A program made the translations under genes and the position numbers. Shown here in pieces: positions 13,518 to 24,959 of a stretch of DNA of 64,000 nucleotides. The notes under the pieces are model-generated. The model searched no databases and was not told the origin of the DNA. It worked only from the letters and a program-made list of their open reading frames with translations. Source of the stretch: Escherichia coli (GTDB lineage: Bacteria > Pseudomonadota > Gammaproteobacteria > Enterobacterales > Enterobacteriaceae); NCBI RefSeq assembly GCF_003790525.1, contig NZ_CP033635.1. One strand, given 5' to 3'. Positions within the stretch are counted from its first letter, which is position 1. Each line of letters starts with the position of its first letter.

Positions 13518-14500
13518 TGTACGATCCGGAGACATGGTAGACAGGTGTTCGGGGACATGGTGAACACTTTTTAACATTCTTTGCCATGGTGATCGACTTA
13601 TTTTTCAGGTCGATCACCCCCACTTTTGTACTGTACCACCAGACTTCATACTGACCGTCTTCCTGCGTCTCCTTCAGCCCCAGGCGTTCATTTCTGAATG
13701 CCTTGCCCGCACTCAGACTGACACCTCTCAGACTCAGTTTACCCCTGATATCCACCTTCCTGACTACCACACCCTCGTCATACTCCGGCGGCTCTACATT
13801 GCTCCTGAACTGTCGCGCTGACGGCTGATACCGTGAGGCAGGAACAGCCATATCCAGAGCTTCATGCGGGCGTTCAAGATTATAGACTGTACGCCAGTGA
13901 TCGAAGGCGCGCTGCAACTCACCCGCATCTGTAAACCACTTACCCTGCAAAACTTCCGCCTTCAGACTGCGGTGAAAACGTTCCAGCTTGCCCTGCGTCT
14001 GTGGATGGTACGGGCTGGAGTGCCCCACCTTGATACCCTGACGCATCAGCCATAACTCCAGTGCCGTCCAGGTGCATCCTGTCCGGCAGTCCGTAGTGTT
14101 CAAATACGCTGACCAGCTGTTGCTGCACGGTCGTCCGTTGTTCATTGGCGCAGTGAGCCAGACACAGGGAAAAACGGGAATGATCATCCAGCAGCGTTAA
14201 CGGATGGCAGCGTCCACCGCCAAAGGGAAAGTGCCCCTTAAAATCCATCTGCCAGAGCTGGTTCGGCGTGTTCGAAGCGGCCCGTCGCCGGGGCTGCCGC
14301 AACCAGACCGGGCAGAAGGCCATTGCGGGCCATCAGGTTATGCACCGTGCTGAAGGCGGGCAGAACAAACTCAGAACGTAGTGACATGGTATCTCTCGCT
14401 TCCCTGGGCATAAGCGGCTCCATAAACGGGTTCTGATGCCTTAGTTGTAAGTATCAACCATGTCTCCGAACAAGTGTTTACTATGTCTCCGCATCGTACA
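13518..14500 (-). mobile_element. IS481-family element inserted into the degenerate intron copy, 6-bp target-site duplication CACCTG
   Basis: About 45-bp terminal inverted repeats beginning TGTACGAT(C/G)CGGAGACAT...; CACCTG at 13512..13517 and 14501..14506. Confidence 0.6.
13560..14423 (-). pseudogene. IS481-family transposase with at least two frameshifts
   Basis: Three ORF pieces in three frames (14238..14423, 13940..14323, 13483..14187) with integrase-core motifs ...SPYHPQTQGKLERFHRSLK... and ...YNLERPHEAL... Confidence 0.65.
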
Positions 14501-14645
14501 CACCTGTCTGAGGGAGGAGACTGCCCGTCGCACTCTTTGTCTTGATTGCCGCAAATTGGCAGAGGTCGGCAACGCGAGTGTGATAAGCGTTAATGTCCCA
14601 GTGTTTTGCATACATGTCAGAACACCTTTGACTGTAAGCGCATAC
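14501..14645 (-). other. Degenerate second group II intron copy, fragment B
   Basis: Reverse complement aligns with intron 1 domain I at about 15737..15890. Confidence 0.45.
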
Positions 14646-14707
14646 TGATCTTACCCACCAATAGTGGACACAGGACTAAGTGAGTAAACTCTTAACCAGG
14701 GTGACTC

Positions 14708-15007
14708 ATGACAAAACCAGTATCAATCAGCAAGAAGCCCCGTAAACAACATACGCCTGAATTTCGTAACGAAGCCCTGAAACTCGCTGAACGCATCGGT
14801 GTGGCCGCCACAGCCCGTGAACTCAGCCTGTATGAATCTCAGCTTTATGCCTGGCGCAGTAAACAGCAGCAACAAATGAGTTCGTCAGAGCGCGAAAGCG
14901 AACTGGCCGCTGAAAATGTCCGCCTTAAACGACAACTGGCGGAGCAGGCTGAGGAACTGGCCATCCTCCAAAAGGCCGCGACATACTTCGCGAAGCGCCT
15001 GAAATGA
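14708..15007 (+). CDS. IS3 OrfA
   Basis: [54 protein letters not shown]... Confidence 0.85.
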   Translation: MTKPVSISKKPRKQHTPEFRNEALKLAERIGVAATARELSLYESQLYAWRSKQQQQMSSSERESELAAENVRLKRQLAEQAEELAILQKAATYFAKRLK

Positions 15008-15406
15008 AGTATGTCTTCATCGAAAATCATCGGGCAGAGTTCAGCATCAAAGCGATGTGTCGTGTACTTCGGGTTGCCCGCAGCGGCTGGTATGTCTGGC
15101 TCAGGCGTCGTCACCAGATGAGCCTGCGCCAACAGTTTCGGCTCACCTGCGATGCCGCTGTCCATAAGGCATTCTTTGAGGCAAAGCAGCGATACGGTGC
15201 TCCCCGCCTTGCTGACGAACTGCCGGAGTTCAATATTAAAACCATTGCCGCCAGCCTGCGTCGTCAGGGGCTGCGGGCGAAAGCCAGCCGGAAGTTCAGC
15301 CCGGCCAGCTACCGTGCACATGGCCTGCCCGTATTGGAGAATCTGCTGGAGCAGGACTTCAGCGCCAGCGGCCCGAACCAGAAGTGGGTGGGTGACATCA
15401 CGTACT
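15004..15406 (+). pseudogene. IS3 orfB, 5' exon (ends ...QKWVGDITY)
   Basis: ORF 15004..15471; IS3 OrfB homology stops exactly at the intron 5' end. Confidence 0.8.
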
Positions 15407-16062
15407 GTGTGCCCGGAGTTCAGGGCGAGCATAGACGCTCAAATGAACCACGAGTCTGTCTGGAATATTGAACCGGTAACTCACGATGAGAAACCCAACA
15501 ATCCCACCGGGTGTGACGGTGGAGAACCTGAGCGGCAGTGACCTGCGGCATGCCCGCAGGGTGATGTAACCCGCTGACAACGGGGATTGAGGCGAGATCA
15601 CTAAGCCGAGATGATCCTCAAGGTTAAGTACTGAAAGGCTTAAGAATATGAACCCGTTAATCCGCCTCTGTGGGTTGAAAACGTCACCACGGCCTACGTG
15701 ATCTGACAGGCCGTGCAGGAGGAACTGGCAGTGATACGTAAGCACTGCCGGTCGAAGGTGTTTTGACATGTATGCGAAACTCCGGGGCAGCAGCGTCTAT
15801 CACGCTCGCGTTGCTGACTTCTGCCAACTTGCGGCAAGCAAGGATAAAGAGTGCGACGGGCAGCCTCCTCAGTATGTCTGAGTCCAGTCAGGCAAACCGG
15901 GGAAGGTCAGCGACGGATGTTAAGGGGGCATGGCTCCGATGACGCGCTGGCTGGCGGAGCTTCCGTAGTAGTCCGCGATGGGGAAAGCCCATTACATGGC
16001 GAAGGGAAGCAGTTTGAATGTGTCTGCGACGTAAATTAACTGACCTAACGAGGTGAAGACCT

Positions 16063-17586
16063 TTGATAATCAGCGAAATGCAACGCAAGCTTGCCACATG
16101 GGCAGCCACCGATCCGTCCCTACGGATTCAACGGCTGCTGCGTCTGATAACACAACCAGAATGGCTGGCTGAAGCGGCGCGGATCACGCTTTCATCAAAG
16201 GGGGCGAATACCCCCGGTGTTGATGGCGTGAACAAAACAATGCTACAGGCCAGACTGGCTGTTGAGCTGCAAATCCTCAGGGATGAATTACTCTCAGGCC
16301 ACTACCAGCCCTTGCCCGCCAGGCGGGTTTACATCCCTAAAAGCAATGGCAAACTGCGACCACTGGGTATCCCCGCGTTGCGGGATCGTATTGTTCAGCG
16401 GGCCATGCTGATGGCGATGGAGCCGATATGGGAGAGTGATTTTCATACGCTCTCATATGGCTTCCGGCCTGAGCGCAGTGTCCACCACTCGATCCGCACG
16501 GTGAAATTACAGCTCACCGACTGCGGTGAAACCCGGGGACGCTGGGTGATTGAAGGCGACCTGTCCAGTTACTTCGACACCGTACATCATCGACTGCTGA
16601 TGAAGGCTGTACGCCGCAGGATCAGTGACGCACGTTTCATGACTCTGCTGTGGAAAACCATCAAGGCGGGACATATCGATGTCGGTCTCTTTCGGGCGGC
16701 CAGTGAAGGTGTGCCACAGGGCGGTGTTATATCGCCGCTATTGTCGAACATCATGCTGAATGAGTTCGATCAATACCTGCATGAGCGCTACCTGAGCGGG
16801 AAAGCAAGAAAAGATCGGTGGTACTGGAATAACAGTATCCAACGGGGCCGAAGTACGGCGGTCAGAGAAAACTGGCAGTGGAAACCCGCGGTGGCGTACT
16901 GCCGCTATGCCGATGATTTTGTCCTCATCGTCAAAGGCACCAAAGCACAGGCGGAAGCCATCAGGGAGGAGTGTCGGGGTGTGCTCGAAGGCAGTCTGAA
17001 ACTCAGGCTGAACATGGATAAGACTAAAATCACCCATGTTAATGACGGCTTTATCTTTCTGGGGCACAGGATCATTCGCAAACGCAGTCGTTATGGCGAG
17101 ATGCAAGTGGTCTCAACGATCCCGCTGGAGAAAGCCAGAAACTTCGCCGCATCGCTGACAGCACTGTTATCAGGCAACTACAGTGAAAGCAAAGTCGATA
17201 TGGCTGAACAACTCAACCGAAAACTGAAAGGCTGGGCCATGTTCTATCAGTTCGTTGATTTTAAGGCCAAAGTCTTCAGTTATATCGACCGTGTCGTGTT
17301 CTAGAAGCTGGCTCACTGGCTGGCCCGCAAATACCGTACAAGTATCGCTTCCCTGATGAGGTGGTGGTGTAAATCACCGAAACCGGGTCAGAGCAAAACG
17401 TGGGTTTTATTTGGTAAAACCAATCACGGCAAGCTCAGCGGCGAAATACTGTACCGGTTGGTGGGGCAAGGCAAGAAGCTGTTCCGCTGGCGGCTACCCG
17501 AAGGTAATCCCTATCTGAGGACGGAAACCAGAAAGACGTATACATCGCGCTTTACAGAAGTGGCAATGGCGTTCGCCAGCGTTTAA
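16063..17586 (+). pseudogene. Group II intron-encoded reverse transcriptase/maturase, interrupted by in-frame TAG at about 17302..17304
   Basis: RT motifs including ...CRYADDFVLIV...; X-domain motif ...KLKGWAMFYQF...; ORF 16063..17304 and in-frame ORF 17356..17586 (...KLAHWLARKYR...) together end just before domain V. Confidence 0.75.
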
Positions 17587-17591
17587 ATGGA

Positions 17592-17626
17592 GAGCCGGAT
17601 GCGCTGAAAGGTGCATGTCCGGTTCG
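17592..17626 (+). ncRNA. Group II intron domain V (catalytic hairpin)
   Basis: GAGCCGGATGCGCTGAAAGGTGCATGTCCGGTTC: AGC triad, GAAA tetraloop, two-stem hairpin typical of domain V. Confidence 0.75.
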
Positions 17627-17676
17627 GGGAGGAGAGGCAGGGAAATAGTCCGACTACGCCCTGCCTCTTACTCTAC

Positions 17677-18128
17677 TGCGTACCGATGAGGGCTGGTTGT
17701 ATCTCACAGTAGTCATCGACCTGTGGTCACGCGCCGTCATTGGCTGGTCGATGTCACCGCGAATGACAGCACAACTGGCCTGTGATGCACGGCAAATGGC
17801 GTTGTGGCGGAGAAGACGCCCGGAAAGCGTCATTGCTCATACGGACCGTGGTGGTCAATACTGTTCAGGGGATTATCAGGCGCTGCTGAAGCGACACAAC
17901 CTGCGTGGCAGTATGAGTGCGAAAGGCTACTGTTATGACAATGCCTGTGTGGAAAGCTTCTTTCATTCGCTGAAGGTGGAATGTATCCACGGGGAACGCT
18001 TTAGCAGCCGGGAAATAATGCGGGCAACGGTGTTTAATTATATCGAGTGTGATTACAATCGCTGGCGTCGTCACAGTGCCTGTGGCGGTCTCAGCCCGGA
18101 ACAATTTGAAAACCATAATCTCGCTTAG
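17677..18128 (+). pseudogene. IS3 orfB, 3' exon
   Basis: ...[30 protein letters not shown]...HNLA; ORF track 17697..18128. Confidence 0.8.
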
Positions 18129-18158
18129 GGCCGTGTCCACATTACGTGGGTAGGATCA

Positions 18159-18602
<444 letters not shown>

Positions 18603-18665
18603 TCAGTCTGGTAACTATCGTAAACCGTTCAGTGGGAAGGATATCAAGAGCACTGTAGCTTTTTA

Positions 18666-18827
<162 letters not shown>

Positions 18828-19805
18828 TCACTGGATTCCCGGTATGAGTAACTTTTATTAACGATAAGCCAGGCTATTTGTGCATTGGTGTTGAGGTGAG
18901 AATAGCACCAGTCAGGTGAGCAGATTATAATGTTACGAGACTTAAGCACCTCTGTAGCTCCCATGGTCTGATAGTTTCTCCCGTATACCGCTCATGCAAC
19001 TCCCGCATTAAAATATACTGTTCCTTCCGGATAATTACGTTAAAATATACACCTGCGTGCATCTGTGTCAGACTCCGTTAGATACCAGCGTACATTGTAA
19101 ACATGCCGGATGCACGCAATACAATAATCGGTCTTTTCGGAGTTATAGTCACCAGGCTGGCATCCCGTAAATATGTATCAGGTAGCAATTCAGGAAGCGA
19201 ACAAAAGCGCCTGGAGAAGGTTATCTCTGATAATAATTTACATGAAATGTCTCCTTTATTCTTCGCGAATAAGGCCTTCAGTGTTCTCCCCTTTTCAGCA
19301 ATTCTTACCGTAGTAATCACTCCTGCCTGTGTATAACACGAGAATTGCCAGAGTTTAACGTTTCGGTATCGTTATCCTGCATGATGTTGAACAGAACCGG
19401 GCGTGAATTCTGCGCCAGAATTTTCTTTCGAGGAACATTCCGGGTTATCTGTAGTACAGGAGGAGATTTTCTCCTATTTCAAATAAAATTCAATGACAGG
19501 TGAATATTTAAATATAAATGCATCGCTTCAACAGAGAAATCGGAATTACGCCCGGAACCAGGCCTGAATGAATAATGGAGGAGGTAAAATAATATTATTG
19601 ATGAAAATATCAAATTAAGTCCCCCTTCTCCTTCCCCAGCTTAAATATACTTACTTTTTCACTGGATAATATGTTATTGAATTACAAAGTTGATCCTGAT
19701 ATACATGATTTCCGGCTCTTGCATCCAGTGATAACTTTATATAGTCCTGCAAAGGCGAACTTCGTAAAAGTATACTTTTCTGTTGTAAGCATTGAGGTAT
19801 CGAAA

Positions 19806-20030
19806 ATGAGTGAGAATACCGGAAAATCCCATGAAAATAAAATGGTTATTATTGACTACGGGGAATATGATGAATACCTTCGTAACGCGTGGTTCCGAGG
19901 TTTTCGGGAAGGTTATGATATGGCGATGAAATTTGGATTAGGCTGCCAGCAATGTTATGAAACAGGTGAAAAAATAGCATGCGCAAGAGCTGAAGAATGC
20001 CGTAAAAAGATTAAGGTAATAAAACACTGA
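19806..20030 (+). CDS. Hypothetical small protein (74 aa, four Cys), low-GC
   Basis: ORF 19671..20030; internal start MSENTGKSHENKMVIIDYGEYDEY...; no recognisable family. Confidence 0.25.
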   Translation: MSENTGKSHENKMVIIDYGEYDEYLRNAWFRGFREGYDMAMKFGLGCQQCYETGEKIACARAEECRKKIKVIKH

Positions 20031-20158
20031 AACGGGCTGTCTGATATTTCTGTGAGCTAAAAAGACACCGTAATACAGGTATCTCACAGTAACTGAAAGA
20101 TATGCACATGCCGCCAGGGAAGATTAAGGGTAAGGGAGGATATCCCTTACCTGATTGA

Positions 20159-20683
20159 TTATGGGATGATACCACAGGCAATTCTTGCACCACCGCCACC
20201 TAGAGGTTCAGGATGGTCATCATGATTATCACCTCCTGCGTGGAGCATTAGCGAACGGCCATCGAGCTCCTTTAATTCAGATAGTCTTGGCGCAAGCACC
20301 GGGTAGGTTGCTTTTCCGTCATGAGTGACATAAAGCGCAGGGAGATCACCTAGGTGGCCATCAGGAGACCATGGACCGAGATGCTTCCCTGTTTTTTCCG
20401 GGTCAAAGTGACCACCTGCAGATAAAGCAGCGACAGTTTTTCCATCTTTCAGGGCAGGAGCACAACTTGCGTTTTCATGTACATGAAAACCATGAATGCC
20501 GGCGGGTAAGGAGTGAAGATCAGGGGTGAACAGCAGCCCGTAGGGTGTCTTCTGGATGGTTATTTTACCAATATTTCGCTCTTTTCCGTCACTATCAACA
20601 AGATTCATTGTTACATCTTTGGTGGCTGCATATCCACAGGATGATGTAGCCAGAATCACAAAGGCAATAAGTTTACGTTTCAT
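20159..20683 (-). CDS. sodC: Periplasmic Cu/Zn superoxide dismutase (horizontally acquired paralog)
   Basis: Signal peptide; Cu/Zn SOD motifs ...[10 protein letters not shown]..., ...[12 protein letters not shown]..., ...GDLPAL..., ...[10 protein letters not shown]... Confidence 0.85.
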   Translation of the reverse strand: MKRKLIAFVILATSSCGYAATKDVTMNLVDSDGKERNIGKITIQKTPYGLLFTPDLHSLPAGIHGFHVHENASCAPALKDGKTVAALSAGGHFDPEKTGKHLGPWSPDGHLGDLPALYVTHDGKATYPVLAPRLSELKELDGRSLMLHAGGDNHDDHPEPLGGGGARIACGIIP

Positions 20684-20938
20684 AAACCCTCTGTTAACAG
20701 GTTAAAGATTTACTCAATAACTGTTGCGAAATAACAGTCAGCCAGATGATAGCTTATGATAGTTATTGAATGTGACTATCAGTGTAATTAATTATGCAAA
20801 TTAGAAGGAATGTTATGTGTGAAGCGCCCCTGTATCCCGCTCATACTGGCTAACCCAGACACGCAGAGTCTGTGGCGTACAGCCAGCATTTGAGGCAATG
20901 GAACAAATTACCCCAATTGTGAATCATACTCATCCTGT

Positions 20939-21491
20939 TTACCTCTTTCTCAGGGAGTTTAGTCTCCAGGATTCCCGGAGCAGTTCAAAGTGCCCTGTGC
21001 TGCTTAAAGTGCCGCTGCATGCCACCACATGGCTGAGCAGCAACAGGTATTGTTGTTCCTTCATGTTGTTCACGCAACCAGCGTAATACCACCGGCGAGG
21101 ATGGACTGTCAGTGTGATTACGTTCAGTAATACGTTCATAAAAGGAAGTTCAGAATGCATGAATCTGTTGTCCGTTGATGTTTCCTTCTGTCGAATTGTG
21201 TGTGAAGTGGACAATCAGAAAATGCGGCCAGTGATCCACTGCCTGTTGAATAAAACGCCGGATGTCTCCCGGCTCTGCAAGTAATGCTTCAGTTTCCTGC
21301 ACTATTTTATCCCTGTTGAATTTTGTCAAACCGGTGCAGACACGCAGGAAAGTATGCCAGCACTGGTGTAATGCCAGTAACATACAATAAGAATGAAATG
21401 ACGAATCAGTCAGGAAAGGGTGCCCCCATTGGCAACCCATTGACTGAGCAGAGGATACAATCAGGAAGGTTAACGAGAGTATCTCCGACAT
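20939..21491 (-). pseudogene. Fragmented copy of an island gene also present at 48328..49122
   Basis: ...IRRFIQQAVDHWPHFLIVHFTHNSTEGNINGQQIHAF... matches ...IRRFIQQAVDHWPRLLAVHFTLHSAEGNINGQQIHAF... at 48328..49122; two ORF pieces in different frames. Confidence 0.35.
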
Positions 21492-21559
21492 CAGGGGCAG
21501 GATTGATTTCTACAATACCAGCGCCGGCATTGAGCCTGTACATAGATTTATGTAATTGC

Positions 21560-22337
21560 CTGATTTTGATATGTTCAATTCAACATCAAATGAAAGCTAA
21601 ATTATGGACGACACACAATTGCAGGCTCTGGCTAACGAACTGGCCAAAAATCTCAAAACCCCTGAAGATCTCAGTCAGTTCGATCGCCTGCTCAAGAAAA
21701 TAAGTGTTGAGGCAGCTCTCAACGCTGAACTGACTCACCATCTGGGACATGAAAAAAATCAGACCAAATCGGGAACCAACTTCCGTAATGGCTATTCCAC
21801 GAAAACCGTCACCACTACCGACGGGCCGATGGAATTACGTACTCCACCTGATCGTGATGGTTCCTTCGAACCACAACTGGTGAAGAAAAATCAGACCCGC
21901 ATTACCGGCATGGACAACCAGATCCTGGCGCTGTATGCCAGAGGGATGACTACCCGCGAAATTACCTCAGCCTTCAAAGAAATGTACGACGCCGATGTCT
22001 CGCCCACGCTGATATCCAAAGTGACCGATGCGGTTAAAGAACAGGTCTCTGAATGGCAAAACCGACCGTTGGATGCACTGTATCCCATTGTTTATCTTGA
22101 CTGTATTGTGGTTAAGGTTCGTCACAGCGGGAGTGTCATTAACAAAGCGGTGTTCCTCGCGCTGGGCATCAATACCGACGGTCAGAAAGAGCTGCTGGAT
22201 ATGTGGCTGGCCGAAAATGAAGGTGCAAAGTTCTGGCTGAATGTACTGACGGAACTGAAAAATCGCGGCCTGAACGATATCCTTATCGCCTTCGTGGACG
22301 GCCTGAAAGGCTTCCCGGAAGCGATTAATGCCGTCTA
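21560..22337 (+). mobile_element. IS256-family copy, 3'-truncated, divergent 5' third
   Basis: Left-end motif TGTAATTGCCTGATTTTGATATGTTC; transposase ORF 21604..22395 nucleotide-identical to copy 2 from ...FEPQLVKKNQTRITGMDNQ... onward; homology ends at about 22337. Confidence 0.6.
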
Positions 22338-22705
22338 TCCCATAAAGCCGGATACGCTCATTTTGGGCGGGATCTCCACAAGCATATGGATATGATCTGC
22401 ACAGCACTCAGCTTCAAGAATCCGTACACTTTTCCACTCACACAGCTTTCTCAAAATACTGCCTGTTGCTTTACGCTTCTCTCTGTAGAACACTTTTCTT
22501 CGGTATTTTGGCGCAAAAACTATGTGATATTTACAGTTCCATCGGGTATGCGCTAAGCTCTTTTCGTTCCCCATTGGGACCCCCTTTTGATTTCTTGTTT
22601 GACACTTGCAGTTGCCAGACCGCAAGGTGTTTTAACAAATCAAAAGGGGTTTTAATAACTGGCTCAAAGCTGAAAGCTTTCCGGCCCCCAGCCTAGCTGG
22701 GGGTT
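22338..22705 (-). mobile_element. IS200 remnant: left end and first about 79 codons of tnpA
   Basis: MGNEKSLAHTRWNCKYHIVFAPKYRRKVFYREKRKATGSILRKLCEWKSVRILEAECCADHIHMLVEIPPKMSVSGFMG then stop; left-end palindrome CCCCCAGCCTAGCTGGGGG. Confidence 0.6.
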
Positions 22706-23810
22706 TTCTGTGCACAAAAATCCGGAAACGAGTGAGCGTTTCAGGATTCTTAAACAGACCCTGGATCGGTCAACTGCTCCTAAACTGATCGGCATTACAC
22801 CTGTCGGCTGCCGTTTTTTCAGCTCCGTGATCCATGGGCCGGGTTCTTTGGTCAGCAATGCTGCCGCCCTTGCCCCATGGATAAATAATGTCCGGTGGTA
22901 GGTATCCCCACGTTTGCTTATCCCCAGCATGCGAACCTTCCCAGCGGACCCCGTCTGCTTCGGCACCAGACAGACATAAGCGTCAAACTCACGTCCGGAT
23001 TTAAATGCTGAGGCCTCGCCCATGGTGGCGACCACCGCCGTAGCGATTAACGGCCCCACACCGGGGATTTCCATTAGGCGCTTACAGTTTTCGCTCTGCC
23101 GTGCCACGCTGTTAATCTGTTTATCAAGGCCATCTATCTGCATGCCCAGCTCACTCAGTCTGTTGTACTGGTATTCAAGCACAGTGATGAGATACGGCGG
23201 CAGGTTCGTCTTCATTCGCTCTAGGGCTGTCGGTAGCTTTCTGTCCATCGCTGTCCAATCTTTGTGGAGGATTTCACCAAACTCGAGGAGCGTGCCAAGG
23301 GTATTAATATGCGAGGTTCTGAACTTCACCAGTTGTCTGCGCGAACGGTGCAGGACCAGAACTGACTGCTTCTCTTCCGTTTTAACAGCGATATCTTTAC
23401 TGGGCTGCTGTACCGCCATCCAGATAGCACGCGCATCCATCACATCATTTTTGTTGCCCATGACGAATGCTTTAACGAAGCGAGCTTGCAACAGCCGAAC
23501 TTTGTGTCCCAGTTTTTTCCAGTTCCCTCGCCCAATGTTGGGAGCCTCCACAAGCCTCCATACCTATCAGACAGGGTTCCCGGTTGCTGAAGAACGTCAG
23601 AAAATCCTTGCTACGTAGCTGCTTGTCCACCACTTCGCCCGTGTACTCATTGATGAAGTGAACCTGAATCAGATACTTTGCGATATCAACGCCAACCGGT
23701 GTATATTTCATTTGTGGAGTCGCCAGTCTGAGGGCGCTTTTGCATCCCGTATTGGGCACTATGATGCCGGAAATCTGAGAGGCTCCACAGCAGACAATTT
23801 TACCCTTCAT
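22664..23810 (-). pseudogene. IS110-family transposase (second, different copy), frameshifted; element about 22706..23870
   Basis: N-terminal ORF 23472..23810 (...MKYTPVGVDIAKYLIQVHFI...) and C-terminal ORF 22664..23551 in different frames; C-terminal tail reads through into the IS200 hairpin. Confidence 0.6.
22685..22710 (+). terminator. IS200 left-end hairpin followed by T-run (terminator-like)
   Basis: Perfect 8-bp stem CCCCCAGC/GCTGGGGG followed by TTTTCT on the plus strand. Confidence 0.4.
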
Positions 23811-23950
23811 CCATCACAGTGCACCTCTCTTAACAGGGCAGGATGTGTTCAGTACATTTCTCCTTTTATGGTTACAGTTTATCCATCATGGCGTAATTGA
23901 AGGCTGTCGTGAAGGAGAGGAAGAGCATCTCATCACTTACAAACAAATAC

Positions 23951-23970
23951 ATTAATGATAACCATTTGCA
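23951..23970. promoter_or_regulatory. Fur-box-like sequence upstream of sitA
   Basis: ATTAATGATAACCATTTGCA resembles the GATAATGATAATCATTATC consensus (partial match). Confidence 0.4.
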
Positions 23971-23990
23971 TTTGTATAGATTATGCTATA

Positions 23991-24012
23991 AAACATAGCC
24001 GTTGCTATGTTT
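23991..24012. promoter_or_regulatory. MntR-type operator palindrome upstream of sitA
   Basis: AAACATAGCCGTTGCTATGTTT, inverted repeat AAACATAGC/GCTATGTTT, about 35 bp upstream of the sitA start. Confidence 0.55.
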
Positions 24013-24044
24013 GTTCTAATTTTGCTCACTATAGGTACTGAATT

Positions 24045-24959
24045 ATGCACTCAATAAAAAAATTAACCATGCTCTTGGGGTTCCTCGCCCTCACCTGCTC
24101 GATCGCATTTCAGGCGAGTGCAACTGAAAAATTCAAGGTCATTACAACATTTACCATCATCGCAGATATGGCCAAAAACGTGGCTGGAGATGTTGCAGAA
24201 GTCTCATCCATAACCAAGCCCGGTGCGGAAATTCATGAGTATCAGCCTACCCCTGGCGATATTAAACGTGCGCAGGGGGCACAACTGATTCTCGCCAATG
24301 GAATGAATCTGGAATTGTGGTTCCAGCGCTTTTACCAGCATCTCAATGGTGTTCCAGAAGTGATTGTCTCTTCGGGTGTGACGCCAGTAGGGATCACCGA
24401 AGGCCCCTACGAGGGAAAACCTAACCCTCATGCCTGGATGTCGCCAGATAATGCTTTGATTTACGTCGATAATATTCGTGATGCGTTGATAAAATACGAT
24501 CCGGCAAATGCAAAAACATACCAACGTAATGCCGATACTTATAAAGCCAAGATTACCCAAACCCTTGCCCCCCTGCGTAAGCAGATTGCTGAACTCCCTG
24601 AGAATAAAAGATGGATGGTCACCAGTGAAGGGGCTTTTTCTTATCTCGCACGCGATTTGGGGCTAAAAGAGCTTTATCTGTGGCCGATAAATGCCGATCA
24701 ACAAGGAACACCCCAGCAGGTACGTAAAGTGGTTGATATAGTGAAGAAAAATAATATCCCAGCGGTATTTAGTGAGAGTACGGTTTCCGATAAACCAGCG
24801 CGTCAGGTTGCGCGTGAAACCGGCGCACACTACGGCGGTGTGCTCTATGTCGATTCCCTGAGCACAGAAAACGGCCCGGTACCTACGTATATCGACCTTC
24901 TGAAGGTTACTACCAGTACGCTGGTGCAGGGAATTAAAGCCGGGAAAAGGGAGAAGTAA
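24045..24959 (+). CDS. sitA: Fe/Mn ABC transporter periplasmic binding protein SitA
   Basis: 304 aa, signal peptide, metal-binding SBP; first of four co-oriented overlapping genes. Confidence 0.9.
   Translation: MHSIKKLTMLLGFLALTCSIAFQASATEKFKVITTFTIIADMAKNVAGDVAEVSSITKPGAEIHEYQPTPGDIKRAQGAQLILANGMNLELWFQRFYQHLNGVPEVIVSSGVTPVGITEGPYEGKPNPHAWMSPDNALIYVDNIRDALIKYDPANAKTYQRNADTYKAKITQTLAPLRKQIAELPENKRWMVTSEGAFSYLARDLGLKELYLWPINADQQGTPQQVRKVVDIVKKNNIPAVFSESTVSDKPARQVARETGAHYGGVLYVDSLSTENGPVPTYIDLLKVTTSTLVQGIKAGKREK

Larger units (their letters stand above)
15407..17676 (+). mobile_element. Bacterial group II intron (about 2.27 kb) inserted in IS3 orfB
   Basis: Starts GTGTG; RT/maturase ORF in domain IV; canonical 34-nt domain V; removal rejoins ...DITY to [10 protein letters not shown]... 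in frame. Confidence 0.8.
14646..18158 (+). mobile_element. IS3 element whose orfB is split by a group II intron
   Basis: Ends TGATCTTACCCACCAATAGTGGACACAGG (14646) and ...CCGTGTCCACATTACGTGGGTAGGATCA (18158); about 1244 bp after removing the intron. Confidence 0.8.

Noticed and set aside
13279-13563. 94-aa plus-strand ORF
   Set aside because: Overlaps the degenerate intron fragment and the IS481-family terminal repeat on the opposite strand; no motif.
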